Shown here: piece after piece, positions 28,733 through 39,110 of the stretch | Layout of the letters: each line of letters begins with the position of its first letter | How positions within the stretch are numbered: the stretch's first letter is position 1 | Virus record (IMG/VR): IMGVR_UViG_3300029319_007985 | Coordinates: 1-64,000 of that record | Length of the DNA: 64,000 nucleotides | Direction: 5' to 3' (one strand) | Source: a virus | The notes under the pieces: model-generated | The model's database searches: none | What the model was told of the DNA's origin: nothing | Seen by the model: only the letters and a program-made list of their open reading frames with translations | Made by a program: the position numbers and the translations under genes

Positions 28733-29170
28733 ATGGAAAGCAAAACACAAAAACTTTTAGACAATCTTAAGCAAATTACAAAACCTAAAAAACGTGAGCC
28801 GAAGGTGGACGTGATATCAAATAGGTATGGTGAAGACAGTAAAGGCAGACCAATATACATAGATAGAATATATGGCGGCATTTATGGACAGGTGAATTTA
28901 ATAAACAAAAACTGCACACAATATAAAGGAAAAATTTTTAAAAGATCAATAACTGTGAAAGGAATGGACGGAAACAATTTTAGGTCATACGCATATGAAA
29001 CACAAGACGGCCGTTGGTTCGATAGGGCAGGAATGCCTATAGATAAGCCTAAACAAAAATCCATTTTGAAGGATGTGCCACAAGAAACAACCATAGAGGT
29101 GCAAAAGACCGAATTGACCGCTGACGAAAAGATTCAGATTGAAAAGGATTTTTTGAGTAAACTGAAATGA
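28733..29170 (+). CDS. Hypothetical protein
   Basis: ORF. Confidence 0.65.
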   Translation: MESKTQKLLDNLKQITKPKKREPKVDVISNRYGEDSKGRPIYIDRIYGGIYGQVNLINKNCTQYKGKIFKRSITVKGMDGNNFRSYAYETQDGRWFDRAGMPIDKPKQKSILKDVPQETTIEVQKTELTADEKIQIEKDFLSKLK

Positions 29171-29310
29171 TCAAAGTAAACAGAGACCAACAACCTAGAC
29201 TATTGAGCAACGCACGAATGGCAATGCTGAATGCTAGAGATCCATGGTTCAAGGAATATTGGGAAAACGTTTATCGATATCTCCTTAAAAAATTCAACAA
29301 ACTTAACTAG
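29167..29310 (+). CDS. 47-aa hypothetical protein
   Basis: Not in the ORF track; ATGA overlap; MIKVNRDQQPRLLSNARMAMLNARDPWFKEYWENVY... Confidence 0.6.
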   Translation: MIKVNRDQQPRLLSNARMAMLNARDPWFKEYWENVYRYLLKKFNKLN

Positions 29311-29324
29311 AAATAAATATACTT

Positions 29325-29437
29325 GTAACAACGCCACACAGTGACGTCGGAACAAAAAGGACCTCCAAGTAGCCTGAAAAGGCCAAAGGCTAGTTTACTA
29401 GAGTTAAGGGCCCCTCCGTGTGATACAGATCTGTATC
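29325..29437 (+). ncRNA. Candidate late-expressed structured RNA
   Basis: TAAATA at 29314-29319 with no following ATG; GC-elevated; several hairpins; ends in the 16-bp palindrome GATACAGATCTGTATC. Confidence 0.4.
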
Positions 29438-29510
29438 TAGTTCAATTTAAATGATAGTGAGATTACCAAGTCATGTTGCTTGTAACCTTACTTTAGTGTA
29501 TAATTTAGAT

Positions 29511-30200
29511 ATGAAAACATTGTTTGATGAATTGTTGCAAAGATCCTCATACCGAGATGATTTTTTAAACAATAAAGTATTACCCAAAAATTTTTATAAA
29601 TTTCCAATCACTAACGTTTCTGAAAATTTATACAGTGTTGGTGATGACATAAAGGTTGATAACTCAACCTACAAGCGTGATGGTATTGCCAGCACACAGG
29701 CCACAGAACTAGGATATCCTGTGAGTGAAACTTTTGATTTTTCTCTGGTGACCCCGGATCAAAATACAAGGATATGGAATTGGTTACAAGGATGGCATCT
29801 TAAGAACACTGTATCTATTTTGCATAATCAAAAGCCTGGGCAGTCACATCCTTTCCATATGGACATGATAAGCAGTTATGTGAAATATGTTTCTAAGTAT
29901 TATGGGGTTACACTTCCAAATACACAAACCAATAATGAAGTTGTTGCCTACCTTAAAAACAAAGTGAAAAGGGTGTTTGTTTTTCTAGAAGATTGGTTAC
30001 CCGGGCAAATTATCATGCTTGGAAACCAACTAATCGTAGAATGGAACAAAGGAGACGTGTTATGGTTTGATTGGTATAATGTACCACATGGAACCGCTAA
30101 CTTCAGTCGCAGTGACCGGATGTTATTACAGGTTACAGGGGAAACCACACCTGAGTTTGAAAATTTAATTAAGGAGGAAAGTAATGCAGAAAACATTTGA
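29511..30200 (+). CDS. 2OG-Fe(II) oxygenase/cupin-like protein, paralog A
   Basis: PGQSHPFHMD, PHGTANFS..R; TTGCTT-N17-TATAAT-N6-ATG. Confidence 0.7.
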   Translation: MKTLFDELLQRSSYRDDFLNNKVLPKNFYKFPITNVSENLYSVGDDIKVDNSTYKRDGIASTQATELGYPVSETFDFSLVTPDQNTRIWNWLQGWHLKNTVSILHNQKPGQSHPFHMDMISSYVKYVSKYYGVTLPNTQTNNEVVAYLKNKVKRVFVFLEDWLPGQIIMLGNQLIVEWNKGDVLWFDWYNVPHGTANFSRSDRMLLQVTGETTPEFENLIKEESNAENI

Positions 30201-30801
30201 AAAATTAATTGAAAGGTCTGATTTCAAAGATGGATTTTATAATAAACAACCTTTGCCGCAAAAGTATTTTAAATTTCCTCTCTGTAATATTAAAGATGAT
30301 CTTTATCCAAAAGAAAAAATAGAGTTGGATAATAATAAACACAAGCACAGCGGACCATCGTTTGATCAACAGAATGAATTAGGCCTGGACATACACAAAA
30401 GTTATGACCTGTCAGTCATTACAAAAGAGAGATACAAAACTCTATACGATTGGATGCATTCTTGGCATCTTAAAAATCCTATAGGACAGATCCATAATCA
30501 GCAACCAGGTCAAGCACACACATTTCATATGGATGTAATCAATAGTTATAACAATTATATTGCCGATCCCAAAGATAAAAAAACAAAAGTCAAACGTGTG
30601 TTTGTTTTCCTTAACGATTGGACAGCAGGCCAAGTGATAATGGCTGGCACAAAAATTATCACAGGCTGGAAAAAAGGTGACGTATTTTGGTTCGATTGGT
30701 ACCATGTGCCACATGGCACCGCCAATTTTAGCAGAACCAATAGAATGATGTTACAAATTACAGGAGAAACAACACCAGCCTTCGAAAAATTAATACTGTG
30801 A
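30184..30801 (+). CDS. 2OG-Fe(II) oxygenase/cupin-like protein, paralog B
   Basis: PGQAHTFHMD, PHGTANFS..R; strongly similar to the preceding gene. Confidence 0.7.
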   Translation: MQKTFEKLIERSDFKDGFYNKQPLPQKYFKFPLCNIKDDLYPKEKIELDNNKHKHSGPSFDQQNELGLDIHKSYDLSVITKERYKTLYDWMHSWHLKNPIGQIHNQQPGQAHTFHMDVINSYNNYIADPKDKKTKVKRVFVFLNDWTAGQVIMAGTKIITGWKKGDVFWFDWYHVPHGTANFSRTNRMMLQITGETTPAFEKLIL

Positions 30802-32138
30802 TTATGTTAGAACACTTACTGATTGTTATGGGTGGAATCCTTATTGGCACAGCCAGTGGCGTGTTGCCTGGAATAGGTACTACTATCGCGTTGATAGTAG
30901 CAACACCTGTGTTATTGCAGTTGGACATTATTCAATTATTTTTATTCTATATGGCAATACTAAGCACTGCGCAATTTACAGGCACCATCCCAAGTGTGTT
31001 TTTACAGGTGCCAGGTGAGGCAAATAGTTTACCCACAGTTGTAGAAGGATCAAAATTTAGAAAGAAAAATCTTAATAGCCTTGCCATAGGTCTATGTGCT
31101 GTAGGTAGTTTATTCGGAAGTTTAATTGCAGTTGTCATTACTTTCTTTGGTTTGCCATACGTTATAGATTTTTTCACAGTGTTTCTAAAAGACAGTTTTA
31201 AAATTGTTTTATATGCAGTGGTGCTATTGGCAAGCATTTTTGCTTTCAATAATAAAAGATATATTTTAAATTTTGCGTTACTTTCTATTGGCTACTTCTT
31301 ATCTATGATAGGTCCTGACCTACAAGGAGGCACATTCAGATACACATTTGGTATTGAAGCAATGGAGGAAGGCATTCCTTTTTATCCATTGATACTAGGA
31401 CTCATTGTTGCACCTGCGTTGTTCACGTCTGTGCATCGTGATATAAGATTAAGTTTTATTAAAGAAAAACTATCCTCATTTACACGGGTTTTCTTTTTAT
31501 TTCTAAGAAACATAGGTGCCAGCATAAGAGGGGCAGTGATAGGATTCTTTGCGGCGATGTCACCTGGCTTTGGCACACTCCTTAGCACCAATCTTTCATA
31601 TGCGGTTGAGTCAAAGTTAAACAAAAATTATCCTAGTAAAAAATTAGTGGCCGCCGAGACTGCTAACAACAGCGGTGGATTTGGAATGTTGTTACCTCTT
31701 GTGTTATTAGGCATACCTTTGACTTCAAGTGAATTTATTCTTTTCAACTATCTCATAGAAGCAGGATGGTCTCCGTATCAGTTTGAGAACCTGGAACAAA
31801 ATGGCCTTATGCTGATGCAAACTCTAGTGCCTTGGTTCGTTTTTATTAATTTTATAGCACTACTAATTGCATGGCCTCTTGCAAAGTTTATCATAGTCCT
31901 CATGCAAAAATTGAAAAAAGTTTTGAATATTTTTATTGCATTAGTGTGCTTTACCACTTGCGTGTACTTGGGTATTGACAACTATCAGTTAGTGTTTTAT
32001 ATTACATGTTTAGTTGTAGTTTCTTTAATTGCAATAAAATTTAAAGAGATCAATCTCATGCCGATTTTGTTCTCTTTTATATTAGGAAATGAATTAGAGT
32101 TCGTCATTTCCCGATACATCACATTATGGACTCATTAA
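30798..32138 (+). CDS. tctA: Second, divergent TctA permease
   Basis: GVLPGIG, QVPGEANS..T..EG, AAETANN, GIP. Confidence 0.8.
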   Translation: MIMLEHLLIVMGGILIGTASGVLPGIGTTIALIVATPVLLQLDIIQLFLFYMAILSTAQFTGTIPSVFLQVPGEANSLPTVVEGSKFRKKNLNSLAIGLCAVGSLFGSLIAVVITFFGLPYVIDFFTVFLKDSFKIVLYAVVLLASIFAFNNKRYILNFALLSIGYFLSMIGPDLQGGTFRYTFGIEAMEEGIPFYPLILGLIVAPALFTSVHRDIRLSFIKEKLSSFTRVFFLFLRNIGASIRGAVIGFFAAMSPGFGTLLSTNLSYAVESKLNKNYPSKKLVAAETANNSGGFGMLLPLVLLGIPLTSSEFILFNYLIEAGWSPYQFENLEQNGLMLMQTLVPWFVFINFIALLIAWPLAKFIIVLMQKLKKVLNIFIALVCFTTCVYLGIDNYQLVFYITCLVVVSLIAIKFKEINLMPILFSFILGNELEFVISRYITLWTH

Positions 32139-32156
32139 ACAAGGAGAAAGACTGAT

Positions 32157-32981
32157 ATGAAAAAAATATATCTTTTTTTATTATCTACAATTTTGTTAAT
32201 GACAAGTGCATTGGCAGAATCGATTACTGTTGTTCCAGGTGGTAAGCCGGGCGGGTCTAGTTTCGCCAGAGCAACAATGTATAAGGAAGTGCTAACAAAG
32301 ATGGGACACGATGTAAAGTTTGAAAACATAAGTTCCACCAAGGAGGGTGCAAAATATTTAGAAAAAACAAGGGGCAAGGAAACAGTAATAATGATGTACC
32401 CAACCAATCAACCTTCTCAGATTGGCTACGACATCACTGAAAACAACTTTGTGTTGAAAGAATATTTCGCTCCATACTTCTGGTGCCAATCAAATGAGGC
32501 CGTCAACAAAGACGTGTTTAAGGTTGGATTGGATAAAAACATGAACCAAAAGTTTTCTGATAAACTTTTTGGTACCTTGGGTAAAGAAGTAATCTATCTA
32601 AGATATAAAAACAGTGGTGCACTCTACAATGCCATTACGGCAGGAGACATAGATGCCATGTTTACTAACCAAGGTAAGTCACTTAAACTTGTGAAAAATA
32701 ACCAAGGGTCTTGCATTGCCAATACAAGCAGTGAAGTAATACATGACATACCATCTGTTTACACCATAGTTAAGGATGGAACAAAATTTCCTGTGATGGA
32801 ATACCCTGTTATTTCAAACAACACATCCGAAAAACTTAGAAGTATTCTTATTGAGGCAAACAAAGACGAATTATTTGTGCAATGGAGAGCAAGTAAAGGC
32901 CTGCCGGAGATAGTTGGTCAGGACACTCGACAAGAAGAACTTAGACTTGCCATGGAAGGGCAAGAACTTTGGAAACAGTAG
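32157..32981 (+). CDS. Second TctC-like substrate-binding protein
   Basis: Signal peptide; VVPGGKPGGS, YKNSG....AITAGDID. Confidence 0.6.
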   Translation: MKKIYLFLLSTILLMTSALAESITVVPGGKPGGSSFARATMYKEVLTKMGHDVKFENISSTKEGAKYLEKTRGKETVIMMYPTNQPSQIGYDITENNFVLKEYFAPYFWCQSNEAVNKDVFKVGLDKNMNQKFSDKLFGTLGKEVIYLRYKNSGALYNAITAGDIDAMFTNQGKSLKLVKNNQGSCIANTSSEVIHDIPSVYTIVKDGTKFPVMEYPVISNNTSEKLRSILIEANKDELFVQWRASKGLPEIVGQDTRQEELRLAMEGQELWKQ

Positions 32982-34096
32982 TATATGATTCTTATTATGA
33001 CGTTGGTGGAAATCAATTCGCCAACGTCTTCCAAGCACTAGATCACGCGAATCAGACTCAAAAATTTTGTTACTTCAATATTCACAAAGACTGGATCAAT
33101 GCATTGGAGCGGACATATTCATTACCAAAACCAAACAGGCAATCACTTCAAGTCCTATACTTAAAAAAATTAAAACATCTAAGACAAAACCATAATAAAC
33201 TTGTGCTCGCTTACAGTGGTGGCTCTGACAGTCATACCATACTAAAAATTGCAATCGATAATGACATTTATTTTGATGAAGTTATCATTGAATATCCTGG
33301 AGTAATGGAAGCGGCAAATGACCAAATCATCAACGCAGAACAAATCATGGCGCTTGAATTTGTAAACAGGCATATTGGAAAAAGTATAGGCAAGGTCACT
33401 GTTATCAAATGGACCGAGAAGGATTATGAATACTTAAACCATGCAGGTTGGTATAAAAATCCTAAATTTTATCAGCATAACAAAATTAAGGTTCGTCCTT
33501 GTGTTAAAGTGTATATGGCAAAACATTACAATGACCTAGATGGAGTAATAATTACCGGACACGAAAAACCAGGAGTACGATTTAAAAACAATAAATTTTA
33601 TTGGTTTGTGACTGACACAGGAACAACAGAACACAAAATTATAAGAAACTCATTTCCATTTTTTCTTGATCCGGAAATTGTTGTCTCATATGCATATGTG
33701 TTAAGAGATCAACTGAAAGGTAAACTAAATTATTTCACCCAAATAGGAGACAGATATGATTTCTTTTGGAAGATTCCTTTGGCGGAAACTAAAAAATTTT
33801 ATGAGTCATTAGGCTTGGAATTTATTAATCAAGAATCAGTTAAGTTTACTCAAAAGCCAAATTGGGGTACTCATCACAACTACAAGAATAAAGGCATAAT
33901 TGATTCATTAGAAAAATATGGACACAGGCAAATACTAGATAAAATTTTTAATTTACACGAACATATTAATAATGAATACAAAAACACTAATCATGCTGTG
34001 CAGTCAGATGGAACATTTGTTAAAACAGTCGAACGTTATTCTCAGATGTTTGAATATGTAGAAAATACATTGATTTGTAGAGGGCATGACGTATAA
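32969..34096 (+). CDS. PP-loop (adenine nucleotide alpha hydrolase) ATPase-like protein
   Basis: LAYSGGSDSH; ITGHEKP. Confidence 0.65.
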   Translation: METVVYDSYYDVGGNQFANVFQALDHANQTQKFCYFNIHKDWINALERTYSLPKPNRQSLQVLYLKKLKHLRQNHNKLVLAYSGGSDSHTILKIAIDNDIYFDEVIIEYPGVMEAANDQIINAEQIMALEFVNRHIGKSIGKVTVIKWTEKDYEYLNHAGWYKNPKFYQHNKIKVRPCVKVYMAKHYNDLDGVIITGHEKPGVRFKNNKFYWFVTDTGTTEHKIIRNSFPFFLDPEIVVSYAYVLRDQLKGKLNYFTQIGDRYDFFWKIPLAETKKFYESLGLEFINQESVKFTQKPNWGTHHNYKNKGIIDSLEKYGHRQILDKIFNLHEHINNEYKNTNHAVQSDGTFVKTVERYSQMFEYVENTLICRGHDV

Positions 34097-34172
34097 CCGT
34101 TGGAAATTGGAAATTATTACCACTTGACACAATACCAAATCGTGTTATAATAATGGTAACTTAGGAGAATAT

Positions 34173-34523
34173 ATGTATAAATGTTCAGCACAAGCACAGT
34201 TGGTTTTGGATCAAGTGACTGCAAGATGTCAAAAAGATACTGAAACTAAAAATACTTGGACAGGTAAAAGTGGGAAATACATGTTTATCATGGGCAGAGA
34301 AAATGCTGATGGTAAGGCAACTGGTGTGGTACACAAATATCAACCAGATGGCTCACACAAATTAGCCGGTTCATTTAAAATACTTGCTGATGGTATCATC
34401 ACAAGATTTACTGGTTTATCAAAAGCAGATTGGAACAACTACATGAATTCTGCAGAAGCAGAATACAAAAAGTCGTTGACTAATGCTGGAGAAGACAATA
34501 AACTAGAAACTAAAGTAGCATAA
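34173..34523 (+). CDS. Hypothetical early protein
   Basis: TTGACA(34124)-N16-TATAAT promoter; AGGAG SD; GRENADGKATG motif. Confidence 0.7.
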   Translation: MYKCSAQAQLVLDQVTARCQKDTETKNTWTGKSGKYMFIMGRENADGKATGVVHKYQPDGSHKLAGSFKILADGIITRFTGLSKADWNNYMNSAEAEYKKSLTNAGEDNKLETKVA

Positions 34524-34530
34524 ACAAAAC

Positions 34531-34548
34531 GGTGCCCTTCGGGGCACC
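34531..34548 (+). other. C(UUCG)G tetraloop hairpin (terminator or stabiliser)
   Basis: GGTGCCC-TTCG-GGGCACC; common in T4-like phage intergenic regions. Confidence 0.7.
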
Positions 34549-34558
34549 AAATAACAAT

Positions 34559-35215
34559 ATGGAAAATTGGGAGAGGCATCTAAATAGAATTTGGAACGGT
34601 GGTAAACTGTTCATCATTGGTGCAGTGGTTTTATTCATTACATTTACTTTGGGCACATTTAAACCGAACAAACATGTAGTAAACAACATAAAACTTGATC
34701 AAGAACAAAAAACAATTAATAACCTTAAAAAATTTGGTTTACATGCACCTTTGTTTAAATTTAAAAATACAAAACAGTTTGTTGAAAACGTTCAAAACTG
34801 TGTAAACTACTTGAACCTTACAACTGAAGTCCATAAAAGAATACCTGACAAAATAATAATTGCAATGGCCGATGTGGAAAGTGCAAGTGGCACTAGTCGT
34901 TTTGCAACTGAAGGAAACGCCTTGTTTGGTGTTAGAACTTGGGACCTAGTAAACGTTCCACACATGAAACCTGGTGCAATACCAAATGCAAGTTTTGGTG
35001 TGAAGAAGTATAAGAATAAATGTGCCAGTGTTGCAGATGTAATAGACATATTAAACAGGCATCCTGCTTACAAAGATTTTAGGGCAGAAAGAAACAAACA
35101 ACTTAAAGACGCATATTGGGACTATAAGAAACTGGTTCCTTTACTTGCACCATGGAGCACCAACCCTGAGTACGGTAATATCATTCTGAGAAGAATGAAA
35201 GAGTTGAAATTGTAG
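34559..35215 (+). CDS. Membrane-anchored glucosaminidase (GH73/Bax-like)
   Basis: N-terminal TM; [36 protein letters not shown]. Confidence 0.8.
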   Translation: MENWERHLNRIWNGGKLFIIGAVVLFITFTLGTFKPNKHVVNNIKLDQEQKTINNLKKFGLHAPLFKFKNTKQFVENVQNCVNYLNLTTEVHKRIPDKIIIAMADVESASGTSRFATEGNALFGVRTWDLVNVPHMKPGAIPNASFGVKKYKNKCASVADVIDILNRHPAYKDFRAERNKQLKDAYWDYKKLVPLLAPWSTNPEYGNIILRRMKELKL

Positions 35216-35231
35216 TAAAATAAGTACTACG

Positions 35232-36665
35232 ATGCAGGACGTACTTCAAAAAACACTAGATAAAAAATACCAAGCAGGGTTTACCACCAATGTGGAGTCG
35301 GAAACTTTACCACCAGGTCTAGATGAAAATACAGTAAGAAAGATTAGCAAGATCAAAAATGAACCGGAGTGGTTGCTAAAGTTTAGATTGAAAGCATTTG
35401 ACAGGTGGAAAATTTTAAAAAAGCCTGATTGGGCAAATTTAGAAATAGAACCAATAGACTATCAAGCAATTAGTTACTATTCAGCACCAAAAAAAGGACC
35501 AGCATCATACGATGAAGTTGATCCAGAGATCAAAAAGGACTTTGAAAAATTAGGAATACCTCTCCATGAAAGAGAAAAACTAGCAGGGGTGGCGGTAGAT
35601 GCAGTTTTTGATTCTGTGTCTGTGGCTACAACGTTTTCAGAAGAATTGAAAAAATTAGGTATAATCTTCTGCAGTTTTAGTGAAGCGGTACAGAACCATC
35701 CTGAACTTGTGAAAAAGTATTTGGGTTCGGTTATTCCAATCAGTGACCATAGTTTTGCGGCCTTGAACAGTGCAGTATTTACAGATGGATCATTTGTGTA
35801 TATTCCACCAGGTGTGAGATGTCCTATGGAACTGTCAACGTATTTTAGAATAAATGCGGCCAACACTGGACAATTTGAACGAACACTTATAATAGCAGAT
35901 CGAGACAGTTATGTAAGTTATCTAGAAGGATGTACAGCACCTATGAGAGATGAGAACCAATTACATGCGGCCAATGTGGAACTGGTTGCTTTGGACAACG
36001 CAGAAATAAAGTATTCAACCATACAGAATTGGTATCCAGGAGATCCTGAAACAGGCAAGGGTGGTATCTATAACTTTGTTACAAAAAGGGGAAAATGTAT
36101 TGGAAAGCATTCAAAGATTACATGGACCCAATTTGAAACAGGTTCGAGATTAACTTGGAAATATCCAAGTTGTATTTTGATGGGTGACAACAGCATTGGT
36201 GAATTTTACAGTGTGGCTCTTACTAATGGCCGACAACAGGCCGACACAGGAACCAAAATGATACACATAGGTAAAAACACTAAAAGCACAATCATATCAA
36301 AAGGCATTAGTGCAGGTAAAAGTTCCAACACATATCGAGGACAGGTCAGCATAATGAAGAGGGCAATTAACAGTAGAAACTTCACTCAGTGTGATAGTTT
36401 GATGATGGGATCCGGATGTAGTGCTTCAACTGTGCCTGTGATACAAAATAGGAATAGCAGTTCAACCTGCGAACACGAAGCCACCACTAGCAAATTAAGT
36501 GATGAACAGATGTTTTACTGTATGCAGAGAGGCATACCAACCGAAGACACAATCAATATGTTGGTCAGTGGATTTTGTAAAGAAGTTTTCCAGAAACTAC
36601 CAATGGAGTTTGCCGCGGAGGCAAATAAACTACTAGAAATTAGTATGGAAGGTTCCGTAGGCTAA
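35232..36665 (+). CDS. sufB: Fe-S cluster assembly protein SufB
   Basis: [54 protein letters not shown]. Confidence 0.97.
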   Translation: MQDVLQKTLDKKYQAGFTTNVESETLPPGLDENTVRKISKIKNEPEWLLKFRLKAFDRWKILKKPDWANLEIEPIDYQAISYYSAPKKGPASYDEVDPEIKKDFEKLGIPLHEREKLAGVAVDAVFDSVSVATTFSEELKKLGIIFCSFSEAVQNHPELVKKYLGSVIPISDHSFAALNSAVFTDGSFVYIPPGVRCPMELSTYFRINAANTGQFERTLIIADRDSYVSYLEGCTAPMRDENQLHAANVELVALDNAEIKYSTIQNWYPGDPETGKGGIYNFVTKRGKCIGKHSKITWTQFETGSRLTWKYPSCILMGDNSIGEFYSVALTNGRQQADTGTKMIHIGKNTKSTIISKGISAGKSSNTYRGQVSIMKRAINSRNFTQCDSLMMGSGCSASTVPVIQNRNSSSTCEHEATTSKLSDEQMFYCMQRGIPTEDTINMLVSGFCKEVFQKLPMEFAAEANKLLEISMEGSVG

Positions 36666-36668
36666 AAC

Positions 36669-37487
36669 ATGAATAGTAAAGGCTTGATGTTGCGTTGGTT
36701 CGGTGGATCAGGAGGTGACACCATATGCACACTAATAGACATGGCCGAAAAGGATCTGTACACTAACTTCACTTGCAAATATAACAGCAGGGCCAATGGA
36801 AAAACAAACACACATCAGTTCAAAGATCCTGAATATCCAACACTTTATAGATTTGGTATAAGTTGGAATGCAGGAATTGAATTGAAAAAGGCAGAAAAAG
36901 ATCTCAGTAAGTTAAAGAATTCAAATAAAAAGTTTTTAATAAAGTCTATGAATTTTACAAAATCATTAGATAATGTTGTTTCAGACTATATGGAGATTGT
37001 TAGCATAGGTTATGATTATTCTTTTTTACCATTTTTGGTGCAGACTAATTTAACCAAAACAAAGACAATAAAATACTATTTTACCAAGAACAACTTATCC
37101 AAATATAAAAAAGACCTAGTTCTGCTTGATATTACCAAAAAATTAAACCAAGACCAAAAAACCAAACTAGTAATTTGGAATGTTATCAAGTCAGCAATAG
37201 ATTATATGAACGATTTTAATTTGGATAAGAGTAGTATTCAAATCAGCGATATGTTCTATAACCAACAAAGTATTAAAGATTTTTTCGCAGATAGAAATAT
37301 TGAAATAGACTTTAATAACAAATTGTATAAAAACTGGTTAAAACTAAACCAGAAATATATTCCTAGTGATATTTTCAATAAATGCCTAAAAACTAGATCC
37401 TACAATTATCAAAATAGCGATATGAATTTGTTTGAAAGATATGTGCTTTTAGCAATTTCTGGAAAAAAGTTCAAGTTTCTCTCATAA
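36669..37487 (+). CDS. Hypothetical protein (possible P-loop/sulfotransferase-like)
   Basis: WFGGSGGD near the N-terminus; very AT-rich. Confidence 0.5.
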   Translation: MNSKGLMLRWFGGSGGDTICTLIDMAEKDLYTNFTCKYNSRANGKTNTHQFKDPEYPTLYRFGISWNAGIELKKAEKDLSKLKNSNKKFLIKSMNFTKSLDNVVSDYMEIVSIGYDYSFLPFLVQTNLTKTKTIKYYFTKNNLSKYKKDLVLLDITKKLNQDQKTKLVIWNVIKSAIDYMNDFNLDKSSIQISDMFYNQQSIKDFFADRNIEIDFNNKLYKNWLKLNQKYIPSDIFNKCLKTRSYNYQNSDMNLFERYVLLAISGKKFKFLS

Positions 37488-37562
37488 AAAGCCAGTAAAA
37501 TCAACACTTTTTAACCAGATCAACTTGGTTGACGTATTTGGAAAATATGCTATAATTTACAC

Positions 37563-37727
37563 ATGATTAGATTGATAATATTGATTGCGATATTTTTTGC
37601 AGTTTATCCGATGATAGGTGAAGGCTATGATCAATTTTTGTCTGATTTTAATTTAGATGGAATTGGTAATATCTTTTCAAATCTTATTGCTTGGATGAGT
37701 GAAACTGTAGATAGGTTGCAATCTTAA
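37563..37727 (+). CDS. 54-aa membrane protein
   Basis: Not in the ORF track; TTGACG-N16-TATAAT-N6-ATG; MIRLIILIAIFFAVYP... Confidence 0.65.
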   Translation: MIRLIILIAIFFAVYPMIGEGYDQFLSDFNLDGIGNIFSNLIAWMSETVDRLQS

Positions 37728-37738
37728 CTATAAGGAAA

Positions 37739-38290
37739 ATGAGTATGAAAAAACTAGCATTGGTTTTATTTGCAGGTTTGTTGTTGGCGCAATGTTCAAC
37801 CTACAAAATTAAGCCGGACATGACAAAGGATGGAGTTGTTAACAAGACTCCTAAATGGTATGTCAAATACGATCACGAAACAATGTTTAAGTATCAAGAG
37901 GCGGCAACTGCTGTATCTCCTGACTTAGAACTTGCTGTGAAGAAAAGTATTTTATTAGCAAAGGCTAAACTTGTTGATAGAATAAATGGTCTAATGAACA
38001 ATCAGACTACTATCAAGAAGGATGAAGTTGGTACTAATGAAACACTTACGGTACAGTCAGGTTCGCAGGACATTATCGTAAACGTGATTGAAGATACTTT
38101 AGCCAGAGGATATGAGGTAACAAAACAGGTTGTTTTTATGACAAACAACAAATCTTATAGATCTTATGTGATGGTTGAACTTTCTAAGAAAGAAGTAAAA
38201 GCCATTATCGAAGAAGTTAATAAGAAAAAAGTTGCATTCATTGATACTAGCAAACTTGAAAAAAGTGCTAAAAGCATCTTAAACAAGTAG
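37739..38290 (+). CDS. Lipoprotein (LPP20-like)
   Basis: Lipobox LAQC; P.WY, A.S.D...A..K....AK..L. Confidence 0.65.
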   Translation: MSMKKLALVLFAGLLLAQCSTYKIKPDMTKDGVVNKTPKWYVKYDHETMFKYQEAATAVSPDLELAVKKSILLAKAKLVDRINGLMNNQTTIKKDEVGTNETLTVQSGSQDIIVNVIEDTLARGYEVTKQVVFMTNNKSYRSYVMVELSKKEVKAIIEEVNKKKVAFIDTSKLEKSAKSILNK

Positions 38291-38296
38291 GGCAAT

Positions 38297-38647
38297 ATGA
38301 ACTACATTTACAAACTTATTGCCCTAGTTGTAGCACTTCTAATCTTTGGATTAGTTGGTGTGGCAAAGGCCGGAGGTCCATGGTCGGATCAATACTGTGA
38401 CATTAGCCATGAGACTGTGATCACAAAAAATGAAAAGGGAGAGATCATCGATAAAGTAACCAAAGAAAAAGTCAAGTGCGAAGACGGTGTAATGGACTTC
38501 CTACACGGAATGAAAATTGCGGAAAGTTGTAAGTTCTTTACTTGGCAGATGCCGATGGGAGAAAAGTTAGTAGAGCAGAGAGGTATTGCTTGTAAGAGAT
38601 TGGATGGAGGATATGAAATTGTTCAAGGTTATCACAGTATTAATTAG
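38297..38647 (+). CDS. Secreted Cys-containing protein
   Basis: Signal peptide ending AKA; C-terminal AC...DG.YE. Confidence 0.6.
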   Translation: MNYIYKLIALVVALLIFGLVGVAKAGGPWSDQYCDISHETVITKNEKGEIIDKVTKEKVKCEDGVMDFLHGMKIAESCKFFTWQMPMGEKLVEQRGIACKRLDGGYEIVQGYHSIN

Positions 38648-39074
38648 TCTGGTGCTTCTAACTAATTGCACGTCATCCAATGTGCAGAAAGTATCAGTTG
38701 TGCCTAAAGAAACCGATGGCGCATTGGCACAGATGCCATATCCGGTTATGCTTGGAGAAGGTGAGATATGGAGTGCGCCAGGAATGTTATGGAACGGTGC
38801 ACAATACATTAGATTTAATCTTAACAAGGCAGAGAAGCAACAACATCAACAAGCGGTATATCATAGTTTAAACAACGCACAAATTGGTGAAATAACTGCT
38901 TGGTATAGTAAAAAACGTCTAGCAAATGGCAAGATCAGGGTTATAAGTCACTTTCCTACGTCAGATGGCTACTGCCGTGTTTATCAGAGTTATATACAGT
39001 TAAATGGTGCACAAAGGCACATGACGAACAAGGCGTGTAAAAGATTAACACTACCTTGGGTATTCCTAAAATAA
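38613..39074 (+). CDS. Lipoprotein, 17-kDa surface antigen (RT0821/Lpp0805)-like
   Basis: GGAGG SD; lipobox LTNC; G....W......G, CR.Y....., ACK....W. Confidence 0.65.
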   Translation: MKLFKVITVLISLVLLTNCTSSNVQKVSVVPKETDGALAQMPYPVMLGEGEIWSAPGMLWNGAQYIRFNLNKAEKQQHQQAVYHSLNNAQIGEITAWYSKKRLANGKIRVISHFPTSDGYCRVYQSYIQLNGAQRHMTNKACKRLTLPWVFLK

Positions 39075-39110
39075 ATAGTTCTAGTATAAATAATAGCAAG
39101 GAATTTACAA

